Counted from the stretch's first letter, positions 40,115 through 50,663 are shown. The stretch is 64,000 nucleotides of DNA from Candidatus Thorarchaeota archaeon SMTZ1-45 (GCA_001563335.1 LRSL01000013.1:39583-103582), one strand, 5' to 3'. The notes: generated by a model from the sequence alone, not told the origin. A program made the numbers and translations.

Positions 40115-40600
40115 GTGAAACAAACTATGCCAAAGGTAGAGAACCCGTTACTTATCAGCCTATATTCACATTATGTCGAGCAAATTCTTTCGGAAACTAA
40201 TAGCATCGATGATGCAAATCAGAAACTTCGAGACTTAGGGAAGGAATTAGGTCAGCAGATATACCTCAACACAGAGATTGTCGAAAAGACAAAAGAAAAT
40301 GTTACAACACGTGAAGAGGTAGCAAAACTGATTGAAAATGTATACAAAGTTCTCTTTGATAAGAAACCAAAGGATGTTGACATGAAGACAGCACGAGGGT
40401 CTGTACGAATAACTGACGATAACTGTGTCTGGTGCCAAGAAGTGAATCTTGAGGGAATGAGAGGATTTGGATACTGTGAGATATTTAGTGGTATTCTTGA
40501 ATCAATTCTCGAGTTCAAAGGCGTTGATGCCAAAGTCTTTCAAGAAATGAGCAAAGCCACTGGTTCAGATGTCTGCGTTTGGAATGTCCGACTTGTATAA
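40115..40600 (+). CDS. Bet3/TRAPP-like (V4R-fold) protein B
   Basis: LLISLYSHYVEQIL..DDANQKLRDLGKELGQQIY, CVWC and YCEIFSGILESIL. Confidence 0.75.
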   Translation: MKQTMPKVENPLLISLYSHYVEQILSETNSIDDANQKLRDLGKELGQQIYLNTEIVEKTKENVTTREEVAKLIENVYKVLFDKKPKDVDMKTARGSVRITDDNCVWCQEVNLEGMRGFGYCEIFSGILESILEFKGVDAKVFQEMSKATGSDVCVWNVRLV

Positions 40601-40669
40601 GTGTATCACATACACATAAAGCACTTAACTCTCAATTCATCTTCATCCATTGCCGACGAGGCTTAAGAC

Positions 40670-41224
40670 ATGTCTAGTGAAGAAAAGGTTATTCCATGGT
40701 GGCAGGGTCGACTCAAGGAACGCGATCTTATGGTTGCATTCTTTGCGAAGACTTGGAACAAGCTCGGAAGTAGGATTGCAGTAATGTTCCCTGACCGAGT
40801 TAAGGACCTATACTACTCTGCTGGGCGTCTTGCAGGACTTGAAGCACAACGAGAATACTTCAAAGTAGGAAAACAAAAGCCTCCTGGGGATTTCAAGGGT
40901 ATCATCGAGTTCATCAAGATGTCTCTTGAAACACTGATTGTACCTTTCGGTGATATTAGGATCGCAAAACTCTACAAGTTATGGCTGGATGAGGAAGCGA
41001 TAATTGAGATAGGTGATAATCCCTATGCGTCAGGGTATGAATCTGAAGAACCATCATGTTTCTTTCTGAAAGGTTTTGTAGAGGCTGTTCTTGAATATCT
41101 AACCGATTTCAATAGAATTGAGTATGAAAAATTGCTTGTCACAGAGGAAACATGCATATCTGCTGGTCAAGAAACTTGCACTTTTAAGATTACATTGACT
41201 TATCCTGCACGTGGAGCAACATAG
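40670..41224 (+). CDS. V4R domain protein
   Basis: LYYSAGRLAG..NPYA..PSCFFLKGFVEA..EETCISAGQETCTF. Confidence 0.8.
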   Translation: MSSEEKVIPWWQGRLKERDLMVAFFAKTWNKLGSRIAVMFPDRVKDLYYSAGRLAGLEAQREYFKVGKQKPPGDFKGIIEFIKMSLETLIVPFGDIRIAKLYKLWLDEEAIIEIGDNPYASGYESEEPSCFFLKGFVEAVLEYLTDFNRIEYEKLLVTEETCISAGQETCTFKITLTYPARGAT

Positions 41225-41296
41225 TAGTGCGAAATTTCAACAAACGCAGTTTTTAACTACAAAAGGCTAATAGGGTTTGACAATGGATGTTAGAAC

Positions 41297-42112
41297 ATGA
41301 ATAGGCAGATCACCAAACATATCCTAGTAGGATTCTCACTCATCCTCCTCACATGGGGAATATTAGGTGTAGTCCTATCTGGGTCAAGTTTTGGTGACAT
41401 TGAACCTATGGCTCCGGATCTATCTTCTTCTCTAAATAGTGAGGAAAGTTATGCACACTTTAAGGCTCTTTCAATATGGATTGGTAGTGCTACAAGTATT
41501 GAGAACATAACCCTGCACATCGAACTATTTACTTGGAATTCGGGAGGTACAAATGTAGCTTGGTCTGATGCACTCTTCATAGTGCTTGATCTTGGATGTT
41601 TTGTTATTGCTATTGGTACAGTTTCAGTTGAGAGGAGAGAAGACCGCAGACTTCAGAAGTTACGAGATCGAGTCATTGATGAAGTTGCCATCAATCCTGG
41701 GATACATCTTCGCGAGCTTCATCGGATAATTGGGTGTGCAATGGGTGCTTTACAGTATCATCTTCGTTTTTTGGAGCGGGATGGGCAGGTAATATCAATG
41801 AGAAACGGTAATGTCAGACACATTTTTCCACCTGATTTCTCCTCAGATGACAGAGTAATGCTGTTGACCGCCTTAGCACGAAATCCTACAGTAAGCTCCA
41901 TACTCAGCGAATGTGCATCGAATGGACAGACCACACAAGCCGCTATTAGCAGAACACTGGAAGTAGACAAGAGTCTCATCTCCTACTATATCAACAGTCT
42001 GTTAAAAGTAGACATATTGCGCACTGTGAAAGTCTTTGGCCGTGAGAAACCAGTGCTGATAACTGACTGGGCCCGTGCAGCTATTGATTGCCATGATATT
42101 TTGGTACAGTAA
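41297..42112 (+). CDS. Membrane-anchored double wHTH regulator (COG3398-like)
   Basis: TM segments, then NPGIHLRELHR..ALQYHLRFLER and a second HTH. Confidence 0.8.
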   Translation: MNRQITKHILVGFSLILLTWGILGVVLSGSSFGDIEPMAPDLSSSLNSEESYAHFKALSIWIGSATSIENITLHIELFTWNSGGTNVAWSDALFIVLDLGCFVIAIGTVSVERREDRRLQKLRDRVIDEVAINPGIHLRELHRIIGCAMGALQYHLRFLERDGQVISMRNGNVRHIFPPDFSSDDRVMLLTALARNPTVSSILSECASNGQTTQAAISRTLEVDKSLISYYINSLLKVDILRTVKVFGREKPVLITDWARAAIDCHDILVQ

Positions 42113-42176
42113 TTGTCCAACCCTTATGCTTATCTTGGGTTGAGAGTCATTTCGCCACTATCCGAGGTGGTATACA

Positions 42177-42929
42177 ATGGCTGATGATGATTATCTTGAT
42201 GCAATAGATTACACAAGAGATGATTTGGATATAGAGGATCTTGAAGAAGTTAAACATGCAGTCAGACTCCTTGATGTCCACAGAACCTTCACAATGGGAA
42301 AAACAGAAATTGCGGCAGTTAGCGGAGTAAACCTGATAGTTGACGTTGGCGATTTTGTTGTAATCTCAGGCAAGTCTGGCTCTGGAAAAACAACTCTTCT
42401 GAACATCATTGGTGCAATTGATTTGGCGACCCATGGACGTGTATTTGTCATGGATGTGCCCATAAATGATTATGATGAATCGTTTAGAGCCTCATTCAGA
42501 CTCAACAATACTGGTTTTATCTTTCAGAGCTACAATCTAGTGTCCACCTTAACTGCTGTTGAGAATGTCTTGTTTCCAATGCAGCTCTCTGAAAAAAGTC
42601 GTTCTGAATTGAGAGAGGATGCTATGAAACTCTTGGAGAAGGTCGAGATGGACCATCGGGCGGAACATCTTCCTTGGCAGTTAAGCTCAGGAGAACAGCA
42701 ACGGATAGCTATAGCACGGGCGATGGCTAATGATCCGCCAATAATTCTGGCTGACGAACCAACCGCCAATCTTGATGGGGCCAGTGGACAAATGATACGT
42801 GAACTGCTGATTAAATTGAATAAAGAAGGAAAGGTAGTGATAGTTATGACTCATGATGAGGGGATACTAAATCAACCAAATATACATCATTACAAAATGG
42901 ATCGTGGAGTGTTAACTCGTCATGACTGA
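42177..42929 (+). CDS. ABC ATPase, LolD/MacB type
   Basis: GKSGSGKT, LSSGEQQR and ADEPTANLD motifs. Confidence 0.92.
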   Translation: MADDDYLDAIDYTRDDLDIEDLEEVKHAVRLLDVHRTFTMGKTEIAAVSGVNLIVDVGDFVVISGKSGSGKTTLLNIIGAIDLATHGRVFVMDVPINDYDESFRASFRLNNTGFIFQSYNLVSTLTAVENVLFPMQLSEKSRSELREDAMKLLEKVEMDHRAEHLPWQLSSGEQQRIAIARAMANDPPIILADEPTANLDGASGQMIRELLIKLNKEGKVVIVMTHDEGILNQPNIHHYKMDRGVLTRHD

Positions 42930-44775
42930 TCATCAATTGTTTGCTTCAGCAGACTTGAAGAGACGTCCATTTCGTACAACACTCACACTAATTTCTTTGA
43001 CTAGTGTTGTAACAGCAACAACCTTTGTATTCCTGTTTGGCAATGTCTTACTGGATGTTTCGTCTTTTGCAGTTACGAGTGCTTTGTCTTCATCCTTTGG
43101 TACGTTCTTTTCAACGTTCGTTTGGACAATACTCCTGCTTGTGTTTGTCCTAGGAGCTGTAGTTGTGTCCACGACGATCTCGTTAGAAATGGTGACTCGT
43201 CGTCGTGATATTGGACTTATGAAATCAATTGGCACACTTCTTGATACTATCTTTGACTTCTTCATGGCACAATCGGTAATTATTCTTCTAGCAAGCATTG
43301 CACTTGGTTTAGGTTTTGGCACAATACTCTACATACTTGGAATGATTTGGCTTGGGACCGTTGTCCCAACAATACAACTCACAAATGCCTTCCCAATATT
43401 ACAAATAGCCGTTCTCGCGCTAGTACTCATCATTGCAGGATATCTATCAGCCCAAAAACCAATTTACGACACAGTTCAAGAATCTCCATCACTTGCCCTG
43501 AATCCAGATGTTGGCACAAAGGTTAGAGTTGTTGGATATTTAGATAGTTTTGGACTGCCATTTCGAATAGCAACAAAAGGTACTGGAAGACGAATAAAAG
43601 GAACTAGGAGGACTATAATCTCCCTTTTCCTGAGTTTCACAATTGCATCACTCCTCTGGATTGGGGGTGGGGTCGTACATACCACATCAATATCTTATGT
43701 TACCCGCTCCATGGGAACAAATGTAGTAGCTGTGGGTAATCCTGACCTTCTAAACTCCTACTATAACTCATATTCACTCTATGGTTCACCTCTAAATGCT
43801 TCATTCAATTATCTTAGTGGTCCAGATATGGTCCCCACACAGCTTATTGATGATATTGGGGACATTCTAGGTGTTTATAGAGTAGAATCCCGGCTTGTTG
43901 TATATTCAGAGGTGGAGGAGCTACCTGCTATCCTTTGGAATGAGGAACTTGAACAGTACGAATATATTGGATTAGATCGTACATCCTCTGCAGCTTTAGT
44001 TGGTATAGACTGGGATTCAACAATATCCGATTGGTATTATGAAGGCAGCCAGTTAAACAATCCTCAACAAGTCTGGATTGGGGGCAGAATGGCTACTGAA
44101 ATCTTCGTAGATCCACTCGTTCAGAGTCTAGGTGTGCAGGGCATTTCACTAGAAATCCAAGCTCAGGCATTTGACACTCTGAATGGCGGTATGATGGCAT
44201 TGATGGATCTTTCACAACTGCAAACTGCATATGGTGTGTCAGGAACGAACCTGCTCCTTGTTCAACTTGAAGAATACGATGACTCTCTAATCTCGCAAAT
44301 TGATATAATTGCGGAAAGCTACGGGTTGGATATCTCTAGGCAGCAAGATGTGTTGGAAGGAAATCTCGAAACAATCGATGCAATATGGGCACTATTGAAC
44401 CCACTCGCAATTGTGACCCTCCTGAGTGCATTTCTGAGTCTTATGAATTACTTGCTGGTTTCAGTATTTGGGCGTCTTCGTGACTATATCATCATGAGAT
44501 CCATTGGAGCAAAACCATCATTTCTGGCAAAAGTCATGATTGCAGAAGGATTGGATGTAGGATTGAGAGCAGGTATTCCCGCGCTCATAGTCAGCACAAT
44601 GCTCAGTATCTATGCACTGATTCCTGAGGCTGCTGTTCCCTCCTTGGCATATCTTCCGGTATCAGTTATAATCGTCTTGATTGCTATGATTGCTGTCATA
44701 TTACTAGCAGCAATTCCCACCTACGTCTTCTTCGCTACAAGGAATGACCTGATAGTTTCTGAATTCTCATCTTGA
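42922..44775 (+). CDS. FtsX/MacB-like ABC permease
   Basis: RRRDIGLMKSIG and RDYIIMRSIGA FtsX repeats. Confidence 0.88.
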   Translation: MTDHQLFASADLKRRPFRTTLTLISLTSVVTATTFVFLFGNVLLDVSSFAVTSALSSSFGTFFSTFVWTILLLVFVLGAVVVSTTISLEMVTRRRDIGLMKSIGTLLDTIFDFFMAQSVIILLASIALGLGFGTILYILGMIWLGTVVPTIQLTNAFPILQIAVLALVLIIAGYLSAQKPIYDTVQESPSLALNPDVGTKVRVVGYLDSFGLPFRIATKGTGRRIKGTRRTIISLFLSFTIASLLWIGGGVVHTTSISYVTRSMGTNVVAVGNPDLLNSYYNSYSLYGSPLNASFNYLSGPDMVPTQLIDDIGDILGVYRVESRLVVYSEVEELPAILWNEELEQYEYIGLDRTSSAALVGIDWDSTISDWYYEGSQLNNPQQVWIGGRMATEIFVDPLVQSLGVQGISLEIQAQAFDTLNGGMMALMDLSQLQTAYGVSGTNLLLVQLEEYDDSLISQIDIIAESYGLDISRQQDVLEGNLETIDAIWALLNPLAIVTLLSAFLSLMNYLLVSVFGRLRDYIIMRSIGAKPSFLAKVMIAEGLDVGLRAGIPALIVSTMLSIYALIPEAAVPSLAYLPVSVIIVLIAMIAVILLAAIPTYVFFATRNDLIVSEFSS

Positions 44776-44824
44776 TGATAACGTTCTTTAGGCTCAGTCC
44801 TTGGGAATATTTGAGGAGTGATAG

Positions 44825-46495
44825 ATGCCCCCTGAAGACTCACAGGAAGATGAGTTCTCAATACACTGGATTAGTGATATTGTAAACGAGGTGTTGGAAC
44901 GAGATGTCAGTGTCTATCGCATCTCCACTGGAAAAAGTACCAGTGGCAGCATCCACATAGGATTCGTGCGTGAGCTCATTATCGCAGATGTGATTAAACG
45001 CAAACTCCTCGAGGCGGGAAAAAATGCTCACACTCTTCTTGTAATCGATGACTTCGATCCAGTACGTTCCTTTCCTCCGAGTGTTTCACTCTCCCTTGAA
45101 GAATGGCTTGGGAAACCCTATTCCGATGTGCCTGATGAGTTTGGATGTTGTGAAAGCTTCGGAGCACATTCAGCAAGAGAACTTATTGATACATTTCCAG
45201 AATTTGGAGTTAATCCTGAAACAATATGGCAAAGTAAGATATACGAATTACCTGAGATGCTGGAAGCTGTCAGAACCTCTCTGAAACATACAGAAACCAT
45301 TCGAAAAATTCTCATTGATTATGTAGCCCGCGACTTCAATGATGAGCAGAAAGCTGACTATATTGAGTCAATGAAAACTTGGTATCCCGGTTCTGTGATA
45401 TGCCCATCCTGTGGTCGTATTCAATCTGGTGCAAAGGGTGCTATCGTTCCTAACAGAATTACAAACTATGACCCTACTACTGACAAGGTCACATTTTCAT
45501 GTCCATCATGCGGACATAGTGCTGAAGCTCTTCTCTCTGATCTTCGAGTAAAGCTTTCATGGCGTGTTGATTGGCCAGTGAAATGGTACGTTCTCAATGT
45601 TACGTGTGAACCCGCTGGGAAGGATCACTCTGTGAAAGGTGGATCTTTTGATACAGGTCTAGAGATATCCAAACAAGTCTTTGGATGGGATGGTCCTGTT
45701 AAGGTTCCATTCGAATGGGTAGGCATTGGTGGTCGGGATATGGCAACTTCAGAGGGGATCGTATTTCTTCCAAAGGATTGGTTAGCAATCGCGCCTCCTG
45801 AACTATTTCGATATTTAATGTTAAAAACTGGTCTTACTCGTGCCTATGATATTCGAACAGAGCGAATACCAGATCTGGTTGATGAGTTCGAGAGGTTTGA
45901 GAGAGTCTACTATGGTCTTGAGGTCGCCTCTGAAGAGCAGAAAACAATAGCTAAACTTCTGTATCCACTCTGTCTACCTGGAGATGTTGCACAGGAGTAT
46001 ATACCAAAACTACCATTCAAGTTTGCAATCATAACATCTCAAATGGAAGAAATTCTAGGGACAAAGACAATTTTGGAACGGTGCGAGATGGTTCTGAAGA
46101 AGCAATACGGAATCGAGAAGGTACCAACAGATGCAAAAGAATTGATTCCAATTAGACTTAGAAGAGCAAAGAATTGGGCCTTGGAGTATGGAAGTGAACG
46201 GGATAAGGTAGAGGTTTCTGAAACAGTTCCCAAGGAAATCAAGGCCACTCTTACTGATGATGACCGTGCCTTCCTCAAAAAATTCGTAGAGGTTCTGAAA
46301 GGAACCCCTCTTGACGATGAGGAATTACAAGGGAAAGTGTTTGAAACAGCTCGAGACGTTGGTTTGAAGGACAAACGGGCATTCATTGTACTCTATAGGA
46401 TTTTGATATCCCGAAAATCAGGGCCTCGACTGGGTGGATTCTTGAATCTCCTTGGAAACGAATGGGTCCTTGACCGTATCTTGAGTGTGCTGTGA
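44825..46495 (+). CDS. lysS: Lysyl-tRNA synthetase class I
   Basis: SGSIHIG, KLSWRVDWP, EPAGKDH and SGPRLG motifs. Confidence 0.96.
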   Translation: MPPEDSQEDEFSIHWISDIVNEVLERDVSVYRISTGKSTSGSIHIGFVRELIIADVIKRKLLEAGKNAHTLLVIDDFDPVRSFPPSVSLSLEEWLGKPYSDVPDEFGCCESFGAHSARELIDTFPEFGVNPETIWQSKIYELPEMLEAVRTSLKHTETIRKILIDYVARDFNDEQKADYIESMKTWYPGSVICPSCGRIQSGAKGAIVPNRITNYDPTTDKVTFSCPSCGHSAEALLSDLRVKLSWRVDWPVKWYVLNVTCEPAGKDHSVKGGSFDTGLEISKQVFGWDGPVKVPFEWVGIGGRDMATSEGIVFLPKDWLAIAPPELFRYLMLKTGLTRAYDIRTERIPDLVDEFERFERVYYGLEVASEEQKTIAKLLYPLCLPGDVAQEYIPKLPFKFAIITSQMEEILGTKTILERCEMVLKKQYGIEKVPTDAKELIPIRLRRAKNWALEYGSERDKVEVSETVPKEIKATLTDDDRAFLKKFVEVLKGTPLDDEELQGKVFETARDVGLKDKRAFIVLYRILISRKSGPRLGGFLNLLGNEWVLDRILSVL

Positions 46496-46560
46496 GCATT
46501 CCACAACACGTTTATTAACACTATACCAGTCGGCGAAGCCCGGCCAATAGTACCGGATTT

Positions 46561-47298
46561 GTGAAACCTATGCTCGGATCTTTAAGAGAACGATACCAGC
46601 GTGCAATGATGCCAGTTGGCAAAGCACTTGCTCGAACTGGTATCACTCCTAACATGATTACAGGACTCACAGTTATTATTGCACTCGCTAGTGCCTGGTT
46701 CTTTGTAATGGGTGATCTTATTATTGGACTCCTTTTCATGATTCTAACAGTCGTCATGGATATGTTTGATGGTGCAGTCGCACGAGCTGCAGATCTTGCA
46801 TCAAAGTTTGGTGCGACATTTGATCACACACTTGACAGGTACGCAGAGTTTCTTTTCATGCTAGGCTTAATGATGGGACCAATTAATACAGTCACTATAC
46901 CTTGGTGGCCTAATAGTGCAGGTGATACATTCATCCCATGGTTTTGGGGTTTCTTTACGCTCTTTGGAATGATTATGGCTAGTTTTGCTCGTGCAAAAGC
47001 CGAATCTGTTGGGGGCATGGAGAGTTGCACAGTCGGTATAGCCGAACGTCAAGAAAAGCTGATTCTCACTATTGCAGGAATCTTACTTCTAGCTGTTCCT
47101 AGTACAAACATCTGGATTGAACTTCTGACACCTGTGCCTGTCTTACTTGACATCTTTGTGATACTGAACATCACCAACATCCTAACTCTTTGTATTGTAA
47201 TCGTCGGAATCCTCTCTCACATTACAGTAGCTCAGAGGTTATTCTACGCAAAGAAGATTATAGGAGCAGCAGAACGGAGTGAAGCCACCAATGTATGA
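46561..47298 (+). CDS. CDP-alcohol phosphatidyltransferase (archaetidylinositol phosphate synthase-like)
   Basis: TPNMIT and the signature DMFDGAVAR..SKFGATFDHTLDR. Confidence 0.9.
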   Translation: MKPMLGSLRERYQRAMMPVGKALARTGITPNMITGLTVIIALASAWFFVMGDLIIGLLFMILTVVMDMFDGAVARAADLASKFGATFDHTLDRYAEFLFMLGLMMGPINTVTIPWWPNSAGDTFIPWFWGFFTLFGMIMASFARAKAESVGGMESCTVGIAERQEKLILTIAGILLLAVPSTNIWIELLTPVPVLLDIFVILNITNILTLCIVIVGILSHITVAQRLFYAKKIIGAAERSEATNV

Positions 47299-48169
47299 TC
47301 TTGTTGTGATTGGAAATCCAACATTCCACAATGGAGAACTCACTGGATCAAGTGTGTACGCTGCTGGAACTGCCGCAAAGATTGGTATTGAACAGATGGC
47401 AATTGTGAGTTCAGTGGGTGCGAAAGTGATTGATGATTTCATCAAAGGAGTAGATGCTCTAAATATTCCTGAACACTATGTAATTCAAGCAAAAGATAAG
47501 GGTGCGGTTGAGATTCATAATCCCTCCATTAATAGAAACATGCACATCACGGTCAATCCTGATAGAATAAACATCCGAGATATTCCTGATGAGTTTCTAA
47601 ATGCACGGTCTATTCTGTTGAGTCCATCTCTTCAAGAGATAAATGCTGAGTTTGTTGAATGGATATGCAATTCAACAGAAGCTCTTGTCTTTCTTGACCC
47701 GCAACTTCGGAAGTTGAACTCATCAGGTCGCTTAGAACTTATTCAAGACTTTAGTGTAGCAGAAAAGACACAGAGCTACCTAGATGTTATCAAACCAAAC
47801 CAATTAGAATCTGATCTATTAACAGGAGAATCAGACTTATTTCTAGCAGCTGAACTAATTGTAGAATGGGCATCAGAAATCTGTGTCATTACCCTCGGAG
47901 AAAAGGGGAGTCTAATCTATGATGGAAAAGATTTCAGCATTATTCCATCCTATACGACCAAAGAGATTGATTCTACTGAGGCAGGAGCTGTCTATCTTGC
48001 AGCTTTTGCTTCAAAATTAATCGATGAATCTTCAATAATTGACTGTGGTGTTTATGCATCATCAGTTGCAAGCCTGAAGGTTGAGAGTCAAGGTATGGAT
48101 TTCACAATCGATGAAATCAATATTCGTCGTAGATCTGAGATAATTGCGAGTTCTGTTGAATCCCGATAA
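47279..48169 (+). CDS. PfkB family kinase-like protein, catalytic motif degenerate
   Basis: LDPQ, IKPNQLE and ITLGEKGS motifs; DSTEAGA in place of DxxGAGD. Confidence 0.8.
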   Translation: MKPPMYDLVVIGNPTFHNGELTGSSVYAAGTAAKIGIEQMAIVSSVGAKVIDDFIKGVDALNIPEHYVIQAKDKGAVEIHNPSINRNMHITVNPDRINIRDIPDEFLNARSILLSPSLQEINAEFVEWICNSTEALVFLDPQLRKLNSSGRLELIQDFSVAEKTQSYLDVIKPNQLESDLLTGESDLFLAAELIVEWASEICVITLGEKGSLIYDGKDFSIIPSYTTKEIDSTEAGAVYLAAFASKLIDESSIIDCGVYASSVASLKVESQGMDFTIDEINIRRRSEIIASSVESR

Positions 48170-48185
48170 AGAAGCAGCTATGAAT

Positions 48186-48542
48186 TTATGATGTCTTATC
48201 AAACACCATTTCAATGGTTTTTCCAAGGAATGCCTTTGCTTCAGACATTGCTCTGCTACCCTTTTCTGTTATTACATAGTACTTCCTTGGTGAATCATCG
48301 TTTTGCTGTTCTTCGATGAGACCATCCTTGGTCAATCTATAGATAATTGCATAACCACTGACAGTGGCTGGTGAAAAACCAAATCGTTTGGTGATTAGTT
48401 CCTTAATCTCGTAACCATAATGTGGTCTTTCCTGTAACAAACGAAGAATGTACATCCAAAGCATCTCTTTGGTCAGCTTGTTCACAAGTCTTGTCATTGC
48501 TTTTGGTTGCTGCGTTGGATTGTTTTCCTCGTCGTCTGGCAT
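48186..48542 (-). CDS. PadR family regulator
   Basis: PHYGYEI..RKYYVITEKG. Confidence 0.9.
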   Translation of the reverse strand: MPDDEENNPTQQPKAMTRLVNKLTKEMLWMYILRLLQERPHYGYEIKELITKRFGFSPATVSGYAIIYRLTKDGLIEEQQNDDSPRKYYVITEKGSRAMSEAKAFLGKTIEMVFDKTS

Positions 48543-49132
48543 TATCTGAACTTCCTTTCGAACTCAGAGATTATAGTAGCCAGGCAGTGGCTGCTAAGAT
48601 AACTCTTTTTCCCAAGAGATACTTTTTGAATATCGAATTGCGAAATGAATTTCTTTGTCTGAGAATCGAAGCCCTTATGGTCTCCAAGCATAAAACTGTT
48701 CTGAGTAGTTTTTTGATATGAATCAATCTCAGAAAGATACACACCTTCTTCATCTAAAACCCACAATTTAGACACCTTGGGTTGGTTGAGTTCCTTAATA
48801 ATATCTTCAACATATCCTTCAGAAACCTCAACAAATGCAGGTGGATCACCTCGTAATGAATCTCTTATCACAGATGCCCATCCAACTTCTCCCTTAGGTA
48901 TCTGATTCTGTGGGTCCCTAAAAGTAAGAATGATTGATTCCCCAATTACAGCAATTAATTCAAGATTAGATTTGGACCATGATATTGGCCCCCAATCAAA
49001 ACAAGCCGCCAGGTCTCGACAAAGAACATCTATACGTTTTCCAGAGCCCGGCAAATCCTTCAAAAGAAATTCTCCTTCAGGAGCAGCTTGAGGTAGAAGT
49101 TGCACGAATCTTAGCATGGTGGATCCTACCAT
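48542..49132 (-). CDS. trmY: tRNA (pseudouridine54-N1)-methyltransferase
   Basis: LKDLPGSGKRIDVLCR, LGDHKG and SLGKKSYLSSHC motifs. Confidence 0.85.
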   Translation of the reverse strand: MVGSTMLRFVQLLPQAAPEGEFLLKDLPGSGKRIDVLCRDLAACFDWGPISWSKSNLELIAVIGESIILTFRDPQNQIPKGEVGWASVIRDSLRGDPPAFVEVSEGYVEDIIKELNQPKVSKLWVLDEEGVYLSEIDSYQKTTQNSFMLGDHKGFDSQTKKFISQFDIQKVSLGKKSYLSSHCLATIISEFERKFR

Positions 49133-49207
49133 CGGGCATACCAGCTGTTTTGTTAGACATTCGGTGAGGTCTGGCTATCAAGATCAAGCGCGTACATGAT
49201 GTGTTTG

Positions 49208-49495
49208 TTATCGACGACCTGTCGTAGTTTTCCGTTCTGAGGCCTGTCTTATTTGCACTCTTCCTGCATGAACAGCACAGCTAACACAGTAGTATGATGT
49301 AATTCTTCTAGTCTGGATGTAGCTTCCTTGTTGTCTTAGCTCACGAGCGAGTTGAGGTTCAACAGTTGATACTCTCTTCGTGTATTTTTTGGCTTTATCT
49401 GCTGGAACAATGCGCCCGCATTTCGAGCATTGAACTGTTCCTGTTTTTCCTGCTTTGCCTTTGCTTCTGCCGCCAGATTTTCTTTTCTTACCCAA
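49208..49495 (-). CDS. rps26e: Ribosomal protein eS26
   Basis: KKRKSGGR, CSKCGRIVPADKA and YCVSCAVH motifs. Confidence 0.96.
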   Translation of the reverse strand: MGKKRKSGGRSKGKAGKTGTVQCSKCGRIVPADKAKKYTKRVSTVEPQLARELRQQGSYIQTRRITSYYCVSCAVHAGRVQIRQASERKTTTGRR

Positions 49496-49580
49496 TATTC
49501 AGTTCCACCATGATTGATAATGCGCCCGCCAACTCGACTAGCCTTAAAATCTTGTTCATGTCACCAGCTGAATTGGAACC

Positions 49581-50654
49581 TCACCAGTAGGGCTCAATTG
49601 TTTCAAGTACTTTATCCAAGACTTCATTATTCGCATCAATGATGTGTTGAAATCTTTCTCTCTTTATTTGATCGTCAAGTTTCGGAACATCTTCTCCCAC
49701 AAGTCCCTCCAGACTTGCATGAATTGATGGTCCTAGAACAAATGGATTATATCCTCCTTCAAGCACCCAAATCGAACCCATTGCGCCAACAGTTTCCACT
49801 ATTTTGCGAATGAAGTCGCCAAACCTCCAAAAGATTTGGGAATCAACATCCATATTTCCCACTGGATCCGCATAATGCGCATCATACCCTGCAGAAACCA
49901 TAATGATGTCTGGATTAAACCTCTCCAGGGCTGGTCCAATCACTCTTTTTATTGAGGTTTCATAAGACACATTCGGAGAGGTTTCAAGAAGAGGAATATT
50001 GATGTTTGTTCCTTTTGCAGGACCATAACCGAGCTCTGCATAATGCCCCAGACCAAAATTCTCGTAGTCATATTCATGAATAGATATTAGCTGAACATCG
50101 GGGTCTGAGTAAAAAATCTCTGATGTTCCATTTCCATGATGATCATCAAAATCGATGATAGACACTCTATTGATCTCTTGGTAGCTTAAAGCACGACGAG
50201 TTGCTATAGCTATATTATTGAAATAACAAAGGCCCATTGGATTTGATGAAGAGGCGTGGTGTCCGGGAGGTCGCATAAAAGAAAATGCATGTTTAACCTC
50301 ACCTGATAATACCATCTCCGAGCCTCGTACTGCTCCGCCCGCTGATAATAAAGCAGATCTAAGTAAGCCTGGACTGGCATATGATGCCTCACCAAGTTGC
50401 CCTGCTCCTATATTCGACATTAAACTGACAGAATCAACCAGATACGCCGAGTGAACGAGTAGAATTTGTTCTAACTTGGCTTTGGGTGCCTTGACCTTAA
50501 TGGTATTATCAAGTACACATTGTTTCTCAAGATAATTCAGAGCAATTTGAGTTCTTAGAGGACTCTCGAAAGCTTCTATGTTAGGTTTGGGGAATGGCAT
50601 CCTATGAAAGTATGATTTTCGATGGGAGATGAAAGCAACCTTGTCTTTTGACAC
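49581..50654 (-). CDS. Histone deacetylase family protein
   Basis: RPPGHH, GLCYFNN, DFDDHHGNGT, SAGYDAH and LEGGY motifs. Confidence 0.94.
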   Translation of the reverse strand: MSKDKVAFISHRKSYFHRMPFPKPNIEAFESPLRTQIALNYLEKQCVLDNTIKVKAPKAKLEQILLVHSAYLVDSVSLMSNIGAGQLGEASYASPGLLRSALLSAGGAVRGSEMVLSGEVKHAFSFMRPPGHHASSSNPMGLCYFNNIAIATRRALSYQEINRVSIIDFDDHHGNGTSEIFYSDPDVQLISIHEYDYENFGLGHYAELGYGPAKGTNINIPLLETSPNVSYETSIKRVIGPALERFNPDIIMVSAGYDAHYADPVGNMDVDSQIFWRFGDFIRKIVETVGAMGSIWVLEGGYNPFVLGPSIHASLEGLVGEDVPKLDDQIKRERFQHIIDANNEVLDKVLETIEPYW

Positions 50655-50663
50655 GATGACTCA

